A DNA stretch of 63,380 nucleotides, filler included. It is 3 parts of 3 records of this genome, joined end to end, with 100 filler letters (N's around TTAATTAATTAA, not from the genome) between each part and the next. Parts side by side here need not be neighbours in the genome. Positions count along the whole stretch, not along the records: positions 39,229 to 63,380 come from DRR723986_2312; 2 more parts are not named here. The stretch is one strand, 5' to 3'. The position numbers and the translations under genes are program-made. The first letter of the stretch is position 1, and every line of letters starts with the position of its first letter. A model generated the notes under the pieces. It did not search any database, was not told where the DNA came from, and saw only the letters and a program-made list of their open reading frames with translations. Of this stretch, positions 49,173 through 59,639 are shown piece after piece.

Positions 49173-52100
49173 TCAGAAATCGTCCGCCTTGCGCTGTGGC
49201 ACCGCCGCCGAACTGCTACCGCCGGATGGGCCCGCTGCCAGGCGTTCCAGCTCCTGCTCCACCGCGTTCGAGGATTTCGCAAAGCGGGCCAGAAGGTTGT
49301 ACAACACCGGGATAATGAACAGAGTCAGGGTGGTGGCGAAAATCAGGCCACCCAGGATCACCATGCCGATGGCCGCCCGGCTCTCGGCCCCGGCACCAGT
49401 GGCAATCACCAGCGGAACCGCCCCGAACACCGTAGATATGGTGGTCATCAGTACCGGACGGAAGCGCAGGCTGGCGCCTTCCAGAATGGCTTCTTTCACC
49501 TCGTAGCCCTTGTCCCGAAGCTGGTTGGCAAATTCCACGATCAAAATGCCGTTCTTGGCCATCAGTCCCAGCAGCATAATGATGCCAATCTGGCTGTAGA
49601 TGTTCAGACTGATGCCCGACCAGGCCAGCGCGATCAGCGCACCGGTCACCGCCAGCGGCACCGACAGCATGATAATCAGCGGGTGGATCCAGCTCTCGAA
49701 CTGGGCCGCCAGCACCAGGAACACGATAATAAACGCCAGCCCGAAGGTCAGGTAGATGGCCGCCGATGAATCCTGGAATTCCTGGGACAGGCCCTTGTAA
49801 CTGAGCCGGGCCTCCGGCGGCAGGTTATCCACAGCCAGGTTATTCAGGTAGGTCAGCGCTGAACCCAGATCATAGCCCTCGGCCAGGGACGCACTCACCA
49901 CCACCGCCGGCAGCCGATCAATCCGGCGCAGATCCGGATTGGCCCCGATCTCTTCCACAGATACCAGAGCTTTGAGTGGAATCAGTTCCCCACCTGCCCG
50001 AGGCCGCAGGAAGATCTGCTCCATATCACCGGGCGTGGCCCGGTCGGCATCGTCCGCCTGGATAATGACGTCGTATTCCCGGCCCCGATCCAGATAGGTG
50101 GTTACCTGCCGGGAAGCCAGCATGGTCTGCAGGGTGAGGCCTACGTCTTCAATGGTGATATCCAGATCCGCTGCCCGGTCGCGGTCAATGTTGACCTTCA
50201 GTTCCGGCCGGGTCAGCTCAAAATCGGTGTCGACATTCAGCAGATTCGGGTTTTCCTTTGCCCGTTCAACGATCTCCTCACTCCAGGCCTGCACCGACTC
50301 ATAGTCAGGGCCGGCAATGACAAACTCCACTGGCTGATTGAAGCCGCGCTGGCCCAGCCCCGGCGGGTTGATGACACTGATCCGCACCCCGGAAATGTCA
50401 GACAGCTTGTCGCGGATCTCGGTGGTGACCTGCTGCTGCTTGATATCCCGCTGTTCCCAGGGCACCAGCCCCATGATCATGAAGGCATTGTCTTCTTCAT
50501 CCCGGAATCCGACGATGGACAGGAATCGCTCAGCGATACCGTCATCCAGGTAGGGCAACAGCCGCTCTTCGGCCTGTTTGACAAAGTGATCGGTGAATTC
50601 AACCGTCGAACCCCGGGGCGCGCTAACGGGCATGATGATCACGCCGCGGTCTTCGGTCGGGGCCAGTTCCTGGGGCAACCGGGGGAAAATCACCACAGCG
50701 ATGATCAGCCCGACAATACCAAGCCCGAGCAACAGGCCCGGCTGGTTCAGAGAGAAGCGAAGCATTCTCTGATAGCCATTCGTCAGGCCATTCAGGATGC
50801 GTTCACTGAAGGCCCAGAGCCGATGCCCCTCGGCACTGTCAGGACTGTGCCGGAGCCACTTGGAGCAGAGCATCGGCGCCAGGGTCAGAGCAACCAGGCT
50901 GGAAACCACCACGGCGGCGGCCAGGGTGAAGCCGAATTCCGCAAACAACCGGCCCACGTTGCCGCCCATGAACGAGATGGGCACAAACACCGCCACCAGT
51001 GTCAGCGTGGTGGCGATCACCGCGAAAGCTACCTGCTTGGCGCCCCGGTAAGCCGCCAGCAACGGTGGTTCGCCTTCATCGATGCGGCGCTGGATGTTCT
51101 CCAGCATGACAATGGCATCGTCCACCACCAGGCCGATGGCCAGAATGATGGCCAGCAGGGTAAGCACGTTGATGGAAAAGCCCAGGAAACCCAGGCCGAT
51201 AAACGCACCGATCACCGCCACCGGAATGGTGACCGCCGGAATCAGGGTTGCGCGCCAGGAGCGCAGGAACAGAAAGATAACCAGTATCACCAGCGATACC
51301 GCAATCGCCAGCGTGGTCAGAACCTCTTTGATCGAAGCCCGGATAAACACCGATTCATCATAGCTCTCGGCGATACGCACTTCCGGCGGCAAGGTCTCGC
51401 GAATCTTCACCAGCTCCGCCTTCACCGCATCCGACACCGCTACCGTGTTGGCCTTGGACTGGCGGATTACCCCCATCCCGATAGCGGTTTCGCCATTGGC
51501 CCGCAAACGACCAACATCCGATTCCACCCCGACCTGAACATTGGCAACCTCGCCCAGGCGCAACAGGTCGTTGCCATCCCGGCGGATCACCAGATTGCGG
51601 AAATCTTCCACATTGGACAACCGCCCTTCCGCGCGCACGGTAAAGTTGCGGGTGGAGGAGTCCACTGAACCGGCCGGTAACTCCACGTTGTTCTGCCGCA
51701 GTGCCTGCTCCACCTCGGCAACGGTTATGTTGCGGGCCGCCAGGCGGGTGCGGTCGAGCCAGACCCGGATGGCGTAACGGCGTTCACCGCCAATCCGGAC
51801 ATCGGCAACACCGTCCAGAACCGATAACCGGTCTGCCAGAACCCGATCGGCAAAGTCACTGAGTTCGGCACTGTCCCAGACGTCACTGATCAGAGTTATC
51901 CACATCATTGGCCGGGCATCGGAATCGGCTTTTTGAACCACCGGGGGATCGGCCTCATCCGGCAACTGGTTCAGAACCCTGGACACCGCATCGCGTACGT
52001 CGTTGGCGGCAATGTCGACATCCCGGGAGGTATCAAATTCTATTGAGGTTCGGGATTCACCCTGTTCGGTTGAGGATTCGATGGAGCGAATGCCTTCAAT

Positions 52101-52319
52101 GCCACTGATGGCCCCTTCAATCACCTGGGTAATCTGGGTGTCGACCACTTCCGCCGCAGCGCCGGTGTAATCGGTGGACACCGAAACCACCGGCGGATCA
52201 ATATCCGGATACTCCCGAACCGGCAAGCCCAGCAAGGCGGCCACGCCGAATACGACAATCAGCAGGCTCAGAACGGTGGCAAACACCGGGCGTTTGATGG
52301 AGACATCGGACAGCACCAT
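49173..52319 (-). CDS. RND efflux transporter permease (HAE1/AcrB family)
   Basis: SIKRPVFA, LPVREYP, GLVVDDAIV.LEN proton-relay aspartates, QFES, GLMAKNGILIVEFAN, RFRPVLMTT. Confidence 0.95.
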   Translation of the reverse strand: MVLSDVSIKRPVFATVLSLLIVVFGVAALLGLPVREYPDIDPPVVSVSTDYTGAAAEVVDTQITQVIEGAISGIEGIRSIESSTEQGESRTSIEFDTSRDVDIAANDVRDAVSRVLNQLPDEADPPVVQKADSDARPMMWITLISDVWDSAELSDFADRVLADRLSVLDGVADVRIGGERRYAIRVWLDRTRLAARNITVAEVEQALRQNNVELPAGSVDSSTRNFTVRAEGRLSNVEDFRNLVIRRDGNDLLRLGEVANVQVGVESDVGRLRANGETAIGMGVIRQSKANTVAVSDAVKAELVKIRETLPPEVRIAESYDESVFIRASIKEVLTTLAIAVSLVILVIFLFLRSWRATLIPAVTIPVAVIGAFIGLGFLGFSINVLTLLAIILAIGLVVDDAIVMLENIQRRIDEGEPPLLAAYRGAKQVAFAVIATTLTLVAVFVPISFMGGNVGRLFAEFGFTLAAAVVVSSLVALTLAPMLCSKWLRHSPDSAEGHRLWAFSERILNGLTNGYQRMLRFSLNQPGLLLGLGIVGLIIAVVIFPRLPQELAPTEDRGVIIMPVSAPRGSTVEFTDHFVKQAEERLLPYLDDGIAERFLSIVGFRDEEDNAFMIMGLVPWEQRDIKQQQVTTEIRDKLSDISGVRISVINPPGLGQRGFNQPVEFVIAGPDYESVQAWSEEIVERAKENPNLLNVDTDFELTRPELKVNIDRDRAADLDITIEDVGLTLQTMLASRQVTTYLDRGREYDVIIQADDADRATPGDMEQIFLRPRAGGELIPLKALVSVEEIGANPDLRRIDRLPAVVVSASLAEGYDLGSALTYLNNLAVDNLPPEARLSYKGLSQEFQDSSAAIYLTFGLAFIIVFLVLAAQFESWIHPLIIMLSVPLAVTGALIALAWSGISLNIYSQIGIIMLLGLMAKNGILIVEFANQLRDKGYEVKEAILEGASLRFRPVLMTTISTVFGAVPLVIATGAGAESRAAIGMVILGGLIFATTLTLFIIPVLYNLLARFAKSSNAVEQELERLAAGPSGGSSSAAVPQRKADDF

Positions 52320-52322
52320 GGA

Positions 52323-53417
52323 TCAGGACTCCACGGTCCGGGCAAACCGGTTTTCCGGAATCGCCTGGTCGTTACTCTGTACTTCAATGCGGTCGCCGGT
52401 ACTCAGGCGATCCTGCCCGGTTACTACCACGGCATCGTCCAGGGTCAGGCCAGAGGTAATTTCCACCAGACCGGGCATGCGCGAACCGGTCGCCACCGAT
52501 ACCCGGCGTGCCACGCCGTCTTCGGCAACAAACACATACTTGTCGTCGCCACGAATCATCACTGCCTGCTCCGGAATCACCAGCCCTTCCCGTTCCTGCA
52601 GGGTCAGTGACGCCGACATGAATTGGCCCGGCCGCAGACGACCGTCCGGATTATCGATAATGGCTCGCACCGACAGGGTTCGGCTCAATTCGCTGATACG
52701 GGTGGCGAGTTCCACCAGCTCTCCCCGGAAGACCTCGTCTGGGAATGCCGGCGAGGAGGCAATCACCGATTGGCCTACCCGAACCTGGCCGACAAAACGT
52801 TCCGGAACCGCAAAACCCATTTCCATTCGATCGGTGGTGTCCAGCGTGGTAATGGTGGTGCCCGCTTGCAGATATGCCCCCACGCTGATGTCGCTCAGGC
52901 CCACCACACCGGAGAACGGCGCTTCAATGCGATGGTTTTCCAGCCGCACCCGGGCAGCCTGTCGCTGGGCTTCAGCCACACTCACGGCGGTGACCAGTTC
53001 ATCCACCTGGGACTGGGACACGCTATTGTTGGAGCGCAAACGCTGGGCCCGCTCCAGTTGCCGCCTGGCATCGGCCAGCTGGGCTTCAATCACCTGGAGA
53101 TCGGCACGGGCCTGACGATCGTCGAGACGTAACAGGACATCGCCCTGAGATACTTTCTGTCCGGGTTCGAGGTTGATCTGCACCACCCGACCGGTGACTT
53201 CGGTGGTCAGTTCCACGGCATTCAGTGCCTTGAGGTTGGCCACCGAACGAATCTCATCCCTGACCTGCTGCAATCTGGGCGCCACTGCACTGACTTTGCT
53301 GGCCCTCGGCTCCTCACCGGCCTGTTCTGTGGACGAGGAATCCATCGCCAAAAAGAACACCGCACTTCCGGCACCCGCTGCAACCAGTACCACCGCAATC
53401 AGCCATTGCTTCCACAT
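52323..53417 (-). CDS. RND efflux periplasmic adaptor (membrane fusion protein)
   Basis: N-terminal anchor, lipoyl-like EVTGRV..GQKVSQGDVLLRLD, hairpin, IEAPFSGVVG, LRPGQF. Confidence 0.93.
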   Translation of the reverse strand: MWKQWLIAVVLVAAGAGSAVFFLAMDSSSTEQAGEEPRASKVSAVAPRLQQVRDEIRSVANLKALNAVELTTEVTGRVVQINLEPGQKVSQGDVLLRLDDRQARADLQVIEAQLADARRQLERAQRLRSNNSVSQSQVDELVTAVSVAEAQRQAARVRLENHRIEAPFSGVVGLSDISVGAYLQAGTTITTLDTTDRMEMGFAVPERFVGQVRVGQSVIASSPAFPDEVFRGELVELATRISELSRTLSVRAIIDNPDGRLRPGQFMSASLTLQEREGLVIPEQAVMIRGDDKYVFVAEDGVARRVSVATGSRMPGLVEITSGLTLDDAVVVTGQDRLSTGDRIEVQSNDQAIPENRFARTVES

Positions 53418-53440
53418 GGGTATCGCAAACCTTTCCGAGT

Positions 53441-54025
53441 TCAGTTCTGCGGGACAGCCCCGCTTTCATGTTTCTGAATCACCAACACCACTTCACCCAC
53501 ATCGACACCCCACTTGCTCATGGTGGTCTGGTTGATCAGGGTGTCGGGAGTAACCAGGTACATCCAGTCGTCCATCCGGACATCGATCGTGCCATCGCCG
53601 TATGCCACCCGCAGGACATAATTCATGTGTATGGCGTTGCCCTGCCAGCGCATGGTGCCGGCTTCCACCACGTCGCCGGCGCTGGCGTGATAGCTGCCGT
53701 TGTCCGGTGTCAGCGTCCAGATCCGGGTCTGGACCTCGCCGTCGTTGAAACGGAACACCTCATCCAGCGTACCGACACCGTCTTCATCCCAACTGGCCAC
53801 AATGTCTGCGTCGAAGGTACGGATAACCTGGCCGGCGTAGTCCTTGACCACCCCCCGGGCCGAAAGTTCGCCCCGGAAAAACTCCGAGGGCACCAGCTCC
53901 GGTGCCTGGCCCTGATAATCTTCCAGATTCGGCCCGGCACACCCTGCCAGCATCAGGGTCATCAACAGTATAAGACCACCGCTTCGAAGACCATGGAAAA
54001 GACCGGGGAAAGGCTGCGTTTGCAT
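53441..54025 (-). CDS. DUF3833 family lipoprotein
   Basis: Lipobox LAGC; FF.G.L.A.G, GTLDEVF.FNDGE.QTRIW, DDWMYL..LINQTTMSKWGV.VGEV; AAGGAG RBS. Confidence 0.82.
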   Translation of the reverse strand: MQTQPFPGLFHGLRSGGLILLMTLMLAGCAGPNLEDYQGQAPELVPSEFFRGELSARGVVKDYAGQVIRTFDADIVASWDEDGVGTLDEVFRFNDGEVQTRIWTLTPDNGSYHASAGDVVEAGTMRWQGNAIHMNYVLRVAYGDGTIDVRMDDWMYLVTPDTLINQTTMSKWGVDVGEVVLVIQKHESGAVPQN

Positions 54026-54263
54026 GACTTTTACACTCCTTGGCGACTACCGGATAGCAACAGAACGTTTACAGCATTACGGACCCATGGCCGTGCCCGA
54101 TCAGTCCCCGGGCCCAACCGTCATTTCAGCCAATTGTCCATTCTGACATCAGCACCAGCGCTTTCCGTCAATGGCAGCCCGCCGGGAATACCGTACAACT
54201 GCACACACAGTGGCCTTTCTGGCCCAACCAATTCCGGATGATCAATGCATGTGAGGACTGGCT

Positions 54264-56084
54264 ATGCCTGTGTATAAAGCGCCCCTGAGGGACATGAAAT
54301 TCCTGCTCAATGACGTATTCGATTACCCGCGGCACTACCAGACACTGGCCTCCGGTGAGAATGCCACGCCCGACATTGTCGACGCCATTCTGAGCGAATG
54401 CGGCCGTTTCTGCGAAGAGGTGCTGAGCCCGCTGTATCAGTCCGGCGACGAAGAAGGGTGCCACCTGGAAAACGGTGAAGTGATCACCCCCAAGGGCTAT
54501 AAAGAAGCCTACGAGCAATATGTGATGGGCGGCTGGCAGGGCCTGTCGGCACCGGAGGAATTCGGGGGCCAGGGCCTGCCAGCCTCCATGGGCCTGCTGA
54601 AGCAGGAAATGATGGGCACCGCCAACTGGTCCTTTTCCATGTACCCGGGCCTGTCCCTGGGGGCCATGAACACCATCTATCTGCACGGCGATGAGCAGCA
54701 GCAACAGACTTATCTGGCGCCGCTGACTGAAGGCCGCTGGGGCGGCACCATGTGCCTGACCGAGCCCCAGTGCGGTACCGACCTGGGCCAGGTCAAAACC
54801 CGGGCCGAACCCCAGGCCGACGGCAGCTACAAACTCACAGGCACCAAGATCTTCATTTCCTCAGGAGAGCACGATCTGACCGAAAACATCGTTCACATCG
54901 TGCTGGCCCGTCTGCCGGATGCCCCGAAAGGCACCAAAGGCATCAGCCTGTTTATCGTGCCCAAGTTCCTGCCCGATGCCCAGGGCGGTGTCGGTGAGCG
55001 CAACGCCGTCAGTTGCGGCGCGCTGGAGAAGAAAATGGGCATCAAGGCTTCGGCCACCTGTGTGATGAATTTCGATGGCGCCACCGGCTATCTGATCGGC
55101 CCGGAGAATCAGGGCCTGGAGTGCATGTTCACCTTTATGAACACAGCCCGCATCGGTACGGCCATTCAGGGGGTTGGCCCCGCCGAGCTGTCCTATCAGT
55201 GGGCTCTGGATTACGCCAGGGAGCGCCGTTCCATGCGGGCGCTGTCCGGCAAGAAAGAGCCGGATGAGGTTGCAGACAGCCTGATTCACCATGCCGATGT
55301 CCGGCGTATGCTGCTGACCCAGAAAGCCATCGCGGAAGGCGGCCGCTCCATGCTCTATTACGCCGCCAAGATCGCGGACCATATGGTGGAAGCGCATACC
55401 GCCGGCGATACTGCCAAGGTTGAGAAATATGACGACAAACTGGGCTTCCTGACGCCAATCCTGAAGGGATTCCTGACCGAGCTGGGCTGTGAAGCCACCA
55501 ATCTGGGCATGCAGGTGTTCGGCGGCCACGGCTACATCCGCGAACACGGCATGGAGCAGATTGTCCGGGATACCCGTATTGCCACCCTGTATGAGGGCAC
55601 AACCGGCATCCAGGCCCTGGACCTGCTCGGGCGCAAGGTCTTGCTGATGACCCAGGGCGGAGCGGTGCGGGAATTCACCCTCAAGGTGGCAAATTTTGCC
55701 CGCAAGCACCTGACCAACAAACAACTGCGGCCAATGGCGGTGGAGCTGCTCAAGCTGACCGCCCAGTGGAACCTGCTGACCGTGCGCGTGATGTTGGCAG
55801 CACGCAAGGATCGCGACGTGGTCAGCGCCGCCGCCAACGACTTCCTGATGTACAGCGGCTACGTGACCATGGCGTATATGTGGCTACGCCAGGCGGCGGT
55901 GGCCAGCGATAAACTGGAAAACGGCGGCGATGAATCTGACGCCTTTTACCGCACCAAACTGGCGACCGCCGAGTTCTATTATGAGCGCTTGCTGCCCCGG
56001 GCCCAGGCCCACGCCACCAGTATGCTGAGCCCGACCCGCAACCTCATGCAGGTGGCGCCGGAAGAGATGGCCTTTACCGGTTAA
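54264..56084 (+). CDS. Acyl-CoA dehydrogenase (long, ~600 aa FadE5/DmdC-type family)
   Basis: MPVYKAPLRDMKF, GTMCLTEPQCGTDLG, GTKIFIS, KMGIKASATC, QVFGGHGYIRE.GMEQ, YEGTTGIQALDL. Confidence 0.9.
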   Translation: MPVYKAPLRDMKFLLNDVFDYPRHYQTLASGENATPDIVDAILSECGRFCEEVLSPLYQSGDEEGCHLENGEVITPKGYKEAYEQYVMGGWQGLSAPEEFGGQGLPASMGLLKQEMMGTANWSFSMYPGLSLGAMNTIYLHGDEQQQQTYLAPLTEGRWGGTMCLTEPQCGTDLGQVKTRAEPQADGSYKLTGTKIFISSGEHDLTENIVHIVLARLPDAPKGTKGISLFIVPKFLPDAQGGVGERNAVSCGALEKKMGIKASATCVMNFDGATGYLIGPENQGLECMFTFMNTARIGTAIQGVGPAELSYQWALDYARERRSMRALSGKKEPDEVADSLIHHADVRRMLLTQKAIAEGGRSMLYYAAKIADHMVEAHTAGDTAKVEKYDDKLGFLTPILKGFLTELGCEATNLGMQVFGGHGYIREHGMEQIVRDTRIATLYEGTTGIQALDLLGRKVLLMTQGGAVREFTLKVANFARKHLTNKQLRPMAVELLKLTAQWNLLTVRVMLAARKDRDVVSAAANDFLMYSGYVTMAYMWLRQAAVASDKLENGGDESDAFYRTKLATAEFYYERLLPRAQAHATSMLSPTRNLMQVAPEEMAFTG

Positions 56085-56100
56085 GCTCCGGTATTTTCCC

Positions 56101-56127
56101 GTCCCGGGCGCTGCCCGGGACACTTTT
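56101..56127 (+). terminator. Intrinsic terminator after the acyl-CoA dehydrogenase gene
   Basis: GTCCCGGGC-GCT-GCCCGGGAC followed by ACTTTT. Confidence 0.55.
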
Positions 56128-56278
56128 CCTGTTCATGACCAACCGGAAACCGGGGTTGAAATCCTGTTGATACGACCTCAACTCTCCTCCTGCCTTACCA
56201 CTTTTCTCACAATGCACTGAGGTTTAACGACTTTTAGAGACATCACCATTCTCGCGCATAAAAGAAGGAGGTTCGAAA

Positions 56279-57214
56279 ATGGACAATCGTACTGACGACT
56301 TTTATCCCACCCGTCTCGAGCGCCCGGCAGAGAGTTTCGAGCGCAAGGACCCGGTTATCCACAGCCAGGGAACCGACCGCAACAATGGGCCGTTGAGCGA
56401 AACTGAACTGGCCCGGTATGAACGGGACGGCTTTCTGGTATTCAACAACTTTCTGGATCAGGAAACGGTCAAACGTTTCCGGGACGACCTGCGAGCCTAT
56501 GAGAAAGACGACAGCATCCTGCGTTCCGAAGGCACTATTACTGAGCCGGGCAAGCAGGAAATCCGCTCTATTTTCGGGATCCACGAACTGTCTGATCGCT
56601 TCGACCGACTGACCCGGGAGTCCCGCCTGCTGGATATGGTGCACCAGCTACTGGGCAGTGATGCCTACATCCACCAGTCACGCATCAATTTCAAACCCGG
56701 CTTCCACGGCAAGGGCTTTGACTGGCATTCGGATTTCGAGACCTGGCACGCCGAGGACGGTATGCCGCGCATGCGGGCCGTCAGCTTTTCCATCTCCCTC
56801 ACCGACAACACACCATTCAACGGCCCATTGATGCTGATTCCCGGCTCCCACAAAACGTTTGTGCCCTGTGTCGGCCGCACGCCCGAGGACAACTACCAGT
56901 CCTCACTGAAAAAGCAGGAGCTGGGGGTCCCCAACGAGCAGGACCTGCAGAAGATGGCCGATCAGTACGGCATCCAGGCGCCTACCGGGCCAGCGGGCTC
57001 TCTGATCATATTCGAGTGCAACACGTTGCATGCCTCCAATGCCAATATGTCACCCTGGCCCCGCAGCAATCTGTTCTTCGTCTACAACAGTGTGGAAAAC
57101 CGTCTGGAACAGCCATTCTGCGGCAACAAACCGCGGCCCGACTTTCTGGGCAATCGCAGCCATACCGAGGCCCTGCGCCCGGTTCGTTCACCGGATCTGC
57201 GCCGCACCGGTTAA
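56279..57214 (+). CDS. ectD: Ectoine hydroxylase
   Basis: EctD signature FDWHSDFETWHAEDGMP; HQSRINFKPGF, FECNTLHAS, PRSNLFFVYNSVEN; AAGGAGG RBS. Confidence 0.95.
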   Translation: MDNRTDDFYPTRLERPAESFERKDPVIHSQGTDRNNGPLSETELARYERDGFLVFNNFLDQETVKRFRDDLRAYEKDDSILRSEGTITEPGKQEIRSIFGIHELSDRFDRLTRESRLLDMVHQLLGSDAYIHQSRINFKPGFHGKGFDWHSDFETWHAEDGMPRMRAVSFSISLTDNTPFNGPLMLIPGSHKTFVPCVGRTPEDNYQSSLKKQELGVPNEQDLQKMADQYGIQAPTGPAGSLIIFECNTLHASNANMSPWPRSNLFFVYNSVENRLEQPFCGNKPRPDFLGNRSHTEALRPVRSPDLRRTG

Positions 57215-57231
57215 GCGATGGCCCAATAACG

Positions 57232-57261
57232 AAAAAGGGGAAGCCAGTGGCTTCCCCTTTT
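57232..57261. terminator. Bidirectional intrinsic terminator
   Basis: AAAAGGGGAAGCCA-G-TGGCTTCCCCTTTT between convergent ectD and the SBP gene. Confidence 0.85.
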
Positions 57262-57281
57262 GCAACGGAACAAAGCTCTGA

Positions 57282-58031
57282 TCAGAGGCCGTACTTGGTC
57301 TCAATAGCCTCGTAGATTCCGTTGTTCTTGATGGTTTCCAGGCCCTGATTCAGTTTCTGGATAACCTCGTCCGGCGTTTCCATGTTCATGGCCAGGTACA
57401 GTTCGGTCTTGTTGAACGAATACACCGGAACCAGCCCTTCCACATCCTGCTGGGAGGCAAAATAGGGCCCGGCCAGCTGGTCCGCAATCCAGAGGTCAAC
57501 CTGCCCCAGTTCCAGGCGCTTCGGGTTCAGGTCATCACTTTCCATCTCCGAGACCTTGTAGCCGCGCTCCAGCAGGTATTCGGTCATGACGTCACCGCGA
57601 TAGCCGGCATACAGCAAACCCCGGGTATCTTCCAGATCGTCGATCTGCAGGTTGGTGCCGGCCGGGGCAAAGATGGTCCACAGGTTGTTCGCCAATGGCC
57701 CTACCCACTTGAACTGCGGTGCCCGGCTTTCGGTATAGGTGGTGCAGAAGATCCCGTGGTTCTTTTTGTTCAGGGCCCGGTTGTAGCCGTAATCCCAGTT
57801 CCGGAGCTTGATGACATAGTCCAGCCCGGACGCCTGCAGCACCGCTTTCACCATCTCGGTGCACAGTCCATCAATGCCATCGCCGTTATGCTCGAAGGCT
57901 CGGCCGGTGGAACTCATGTTGTACGGGGGAAAGTTCTCGGTGTAGATGTAGAGTTTGTCTGAGCCCAGGGCGGGCACAGAAACGCCGGCAAACACCAGCG
58001 TGGCAGCTAACAGAGAGGCCAACTTGCGCAC
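57282..58031 (-). CDS. Orphan periplasmic solute-binding protein (family 3-like)
   Basis: Signal peptide, YTENFPPYN, GLCTEMV, FKWVGP, GQVDLW, LYLAMN..TPDE.IQKL; no permease genes adjacent. Confidence 0.8.
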   Translation of the reverse strand: MRKLASLLAATLVFAGVSVPALGSDKLYIYTENFPPYNMSSTGRAFEHNGDGIDGLCTEMVKAVLQASGLDYVIKLRNWDYGYNRALNKKNHGIFCTTYTESRAPQFKWVGPLANNLWTIFAPAGTNLQIDDLEDTRGLLYAGYRGDVMTEYLLERGYKVSEMESDDLNPKRLELGQVDLWIADQLAGPYFASQQDVEGLVPVYSFNKTELYLAMNMETPDEVIQKLNQGLETIKNNGIYEAIETKYGL

Positions 58032-58196
58032 GGGTTATCTCCTTTACCACGAATGACTTGGTCCGCTGCACAGGCAGCGGCACGATGAGACAGTAGTGGA
58101 GTTTACCCGAGCTTTTAACGTTGTTTTACAGATAAACTGTTTGTTTTCGTAAGGGAACACCCGAGAGCCAGAGCGGGCTGAGGGCTCCGTCCTGAA

Positions 58197-59567
58197 TTAT
58201 TTTCCGATGCAGAAGCTGCTGAAAATCTTACCCAGAAGCTCATCCGGGGTCAGATGCCCGGTGATTTCCCCCAGGGCGTCCTGAGCGGCCCTCAGATCTT
58301 CGGCCAGCAATTCACCGGCGCCGTAACCTTCCAGCTGGGTCTGGCCTTGCAACAGGGAATCCCGGGCACGTTCCAGGGCATCCAGGTGCCGGCGCCGGGC
58401 CAGGAAGCCACCTTCGGTAGTGCTGGCAAAGCCGATGCATTCTTTCAGGTGCTCCCGCAGGACCTCCAGGCCCTCCGCGGCTTTTGCTGCCAGACGAATC
58501 ACCGGAGCGGTCTGATGCGGCTCTGCGCTGATGCCGACCGGTTCACCAGACAGATCCACCTTGTTACGAATCACCGTCACCGGCGCGCTTCTGGGCAGTT
58601 GATCAATAAAATCCGGCCAGATTTCATGGGGCTCGGTTTTGTCGGTGGTGGTGGCATCCACCATCAGCAAAATACGATCGGCCTGTCGGATTTCTTCCCA
58701 GGCCCGGGCAATACCAATCTGTTCCACTTCGTCCGGGCTGTCCCGCAGGCCGGCGGTATCAATAATGTGCAGCGGCATACCATCAATGTGGATATGTTCC
58801 CGCAACACATCCCGGGTCGTGCCCTCGATGGCGGTGACAATCGCAGCCTCCCGACCCGCGAGGGCGTTCAGCAGGCTGGATTTTCCGGCATTGGGCCGGC
58901 CAGCAATAACCACCTTCATGCCGTCCCGCAGAATGGTGCCTTGCTGGGCTTCACCGAGAATCTTCTGCACCTGCTCCAGCAGACCCTGCAAGTCAGAAGC
59001 AACCTTGCCATCGGCCAGGAAATCGATCTCTTCCTCCGGAAAATCGATGGCCGCTTCCACGTAGATGCGCAGATGGGTGATGGCCTCCACCAGGTTATCC
59101 ACACGTTTGGAGAACACCCCCTGCATGGAACGCACGGCGCAGCGGGCCGCCTGTTCCGAGCTGCTTTCAATCAGATCTGCAATGGCCTCAGCCTGAGCCA
59201 GGTCCAGCTTGTCATTGAGAAACGCTCTTTCGGAAAATTCACCGGGCCGGGCCAGCCGGGCGCCTAGGCTGCAGACTTCCCGCAACAGGATATCCAGGAT
59301 CACCGTACCCCCATGGCCCTGAAGCTCGAACACATCTTCGCCGGTAAAGGAATGCGGGTTGGGGAAGTACAGACCGATGCCCTCATCAATGAGCTCTCCC
59401 TGCCGATCCCGGAACGGGCCGTAATGGGCGTACCGGGGTTTTGGCTCAAAGCCCAGCATGGTGCGGGCAATGGCCATGGCTCTGGGTCCGGACACCCGGA
59501 CAATCCCCACCCCGGCCTGGCCCGGGGCAGTGGCGATGGCGGCAATGGTGTCAGTCGCTGGCTGCAT
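58197..59567 (-). CDS. mnmE: tRNA modification GTPase MnmE (TrmE)
   Basis: [59 protein letters not shown]. Confidence 0.98.
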   Translation of the reverse strand: MQPATDTIAAIATAPGQAGVGIVRVSGPRAMAIARTMLGFEPKPRYAHYGPFRDRQGELIDEGIGLYFPNPHSFTGEDVFELQGHGGTVILDILLREVCSLGARLARPGEFSERAFLNDKLDLAQAEAIADLIESSSEQAARCAVRSMQGVFSKRVDNLVEAITHLRIYVEAAIDFPEEEIDFLADGKVASDLQGLLEQVQKILGEAQQGTILRDGMKVVIAGRPNAGKSSLLNALAGREAAIVTAIEGTTRDVLREHIHIDGMPLHIIDTAGLRDSPDEVEQIGIARAWEEIRQADRILLMVDATTTDKTEPHEIWPDFIDQLPRSAPVTVIRNKVDLSGEPVGISAEPHQTAPVIRLAAKAAEGLEVLREHLKECIGFASTTEGGFLARRRHLDALERARDSLLQGQTQLEGYGAGELLAEDLRAAQDALGEITGHLTPDELLGKIFSSFCIGK

Positions 59568-59580
59568 CTTGGTTTTCCTG

Positions 59581-59620
59581 AAATAGAAATGACAAAGGCT
59601 CCACAAGGGAGCCTTTGTCA
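59581..59620 (-). terminator. Terminator hairpin between yidC and mnmE
   Basis: TGACAAAGGCTCC-ACAAG-GGAGCCTTTGTCA, followed on the minus strand by TTTCTATTT. Confidence 0.75.
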
Positions 59621-59639
59621 GGTCAGAAGCACTGTTGAA

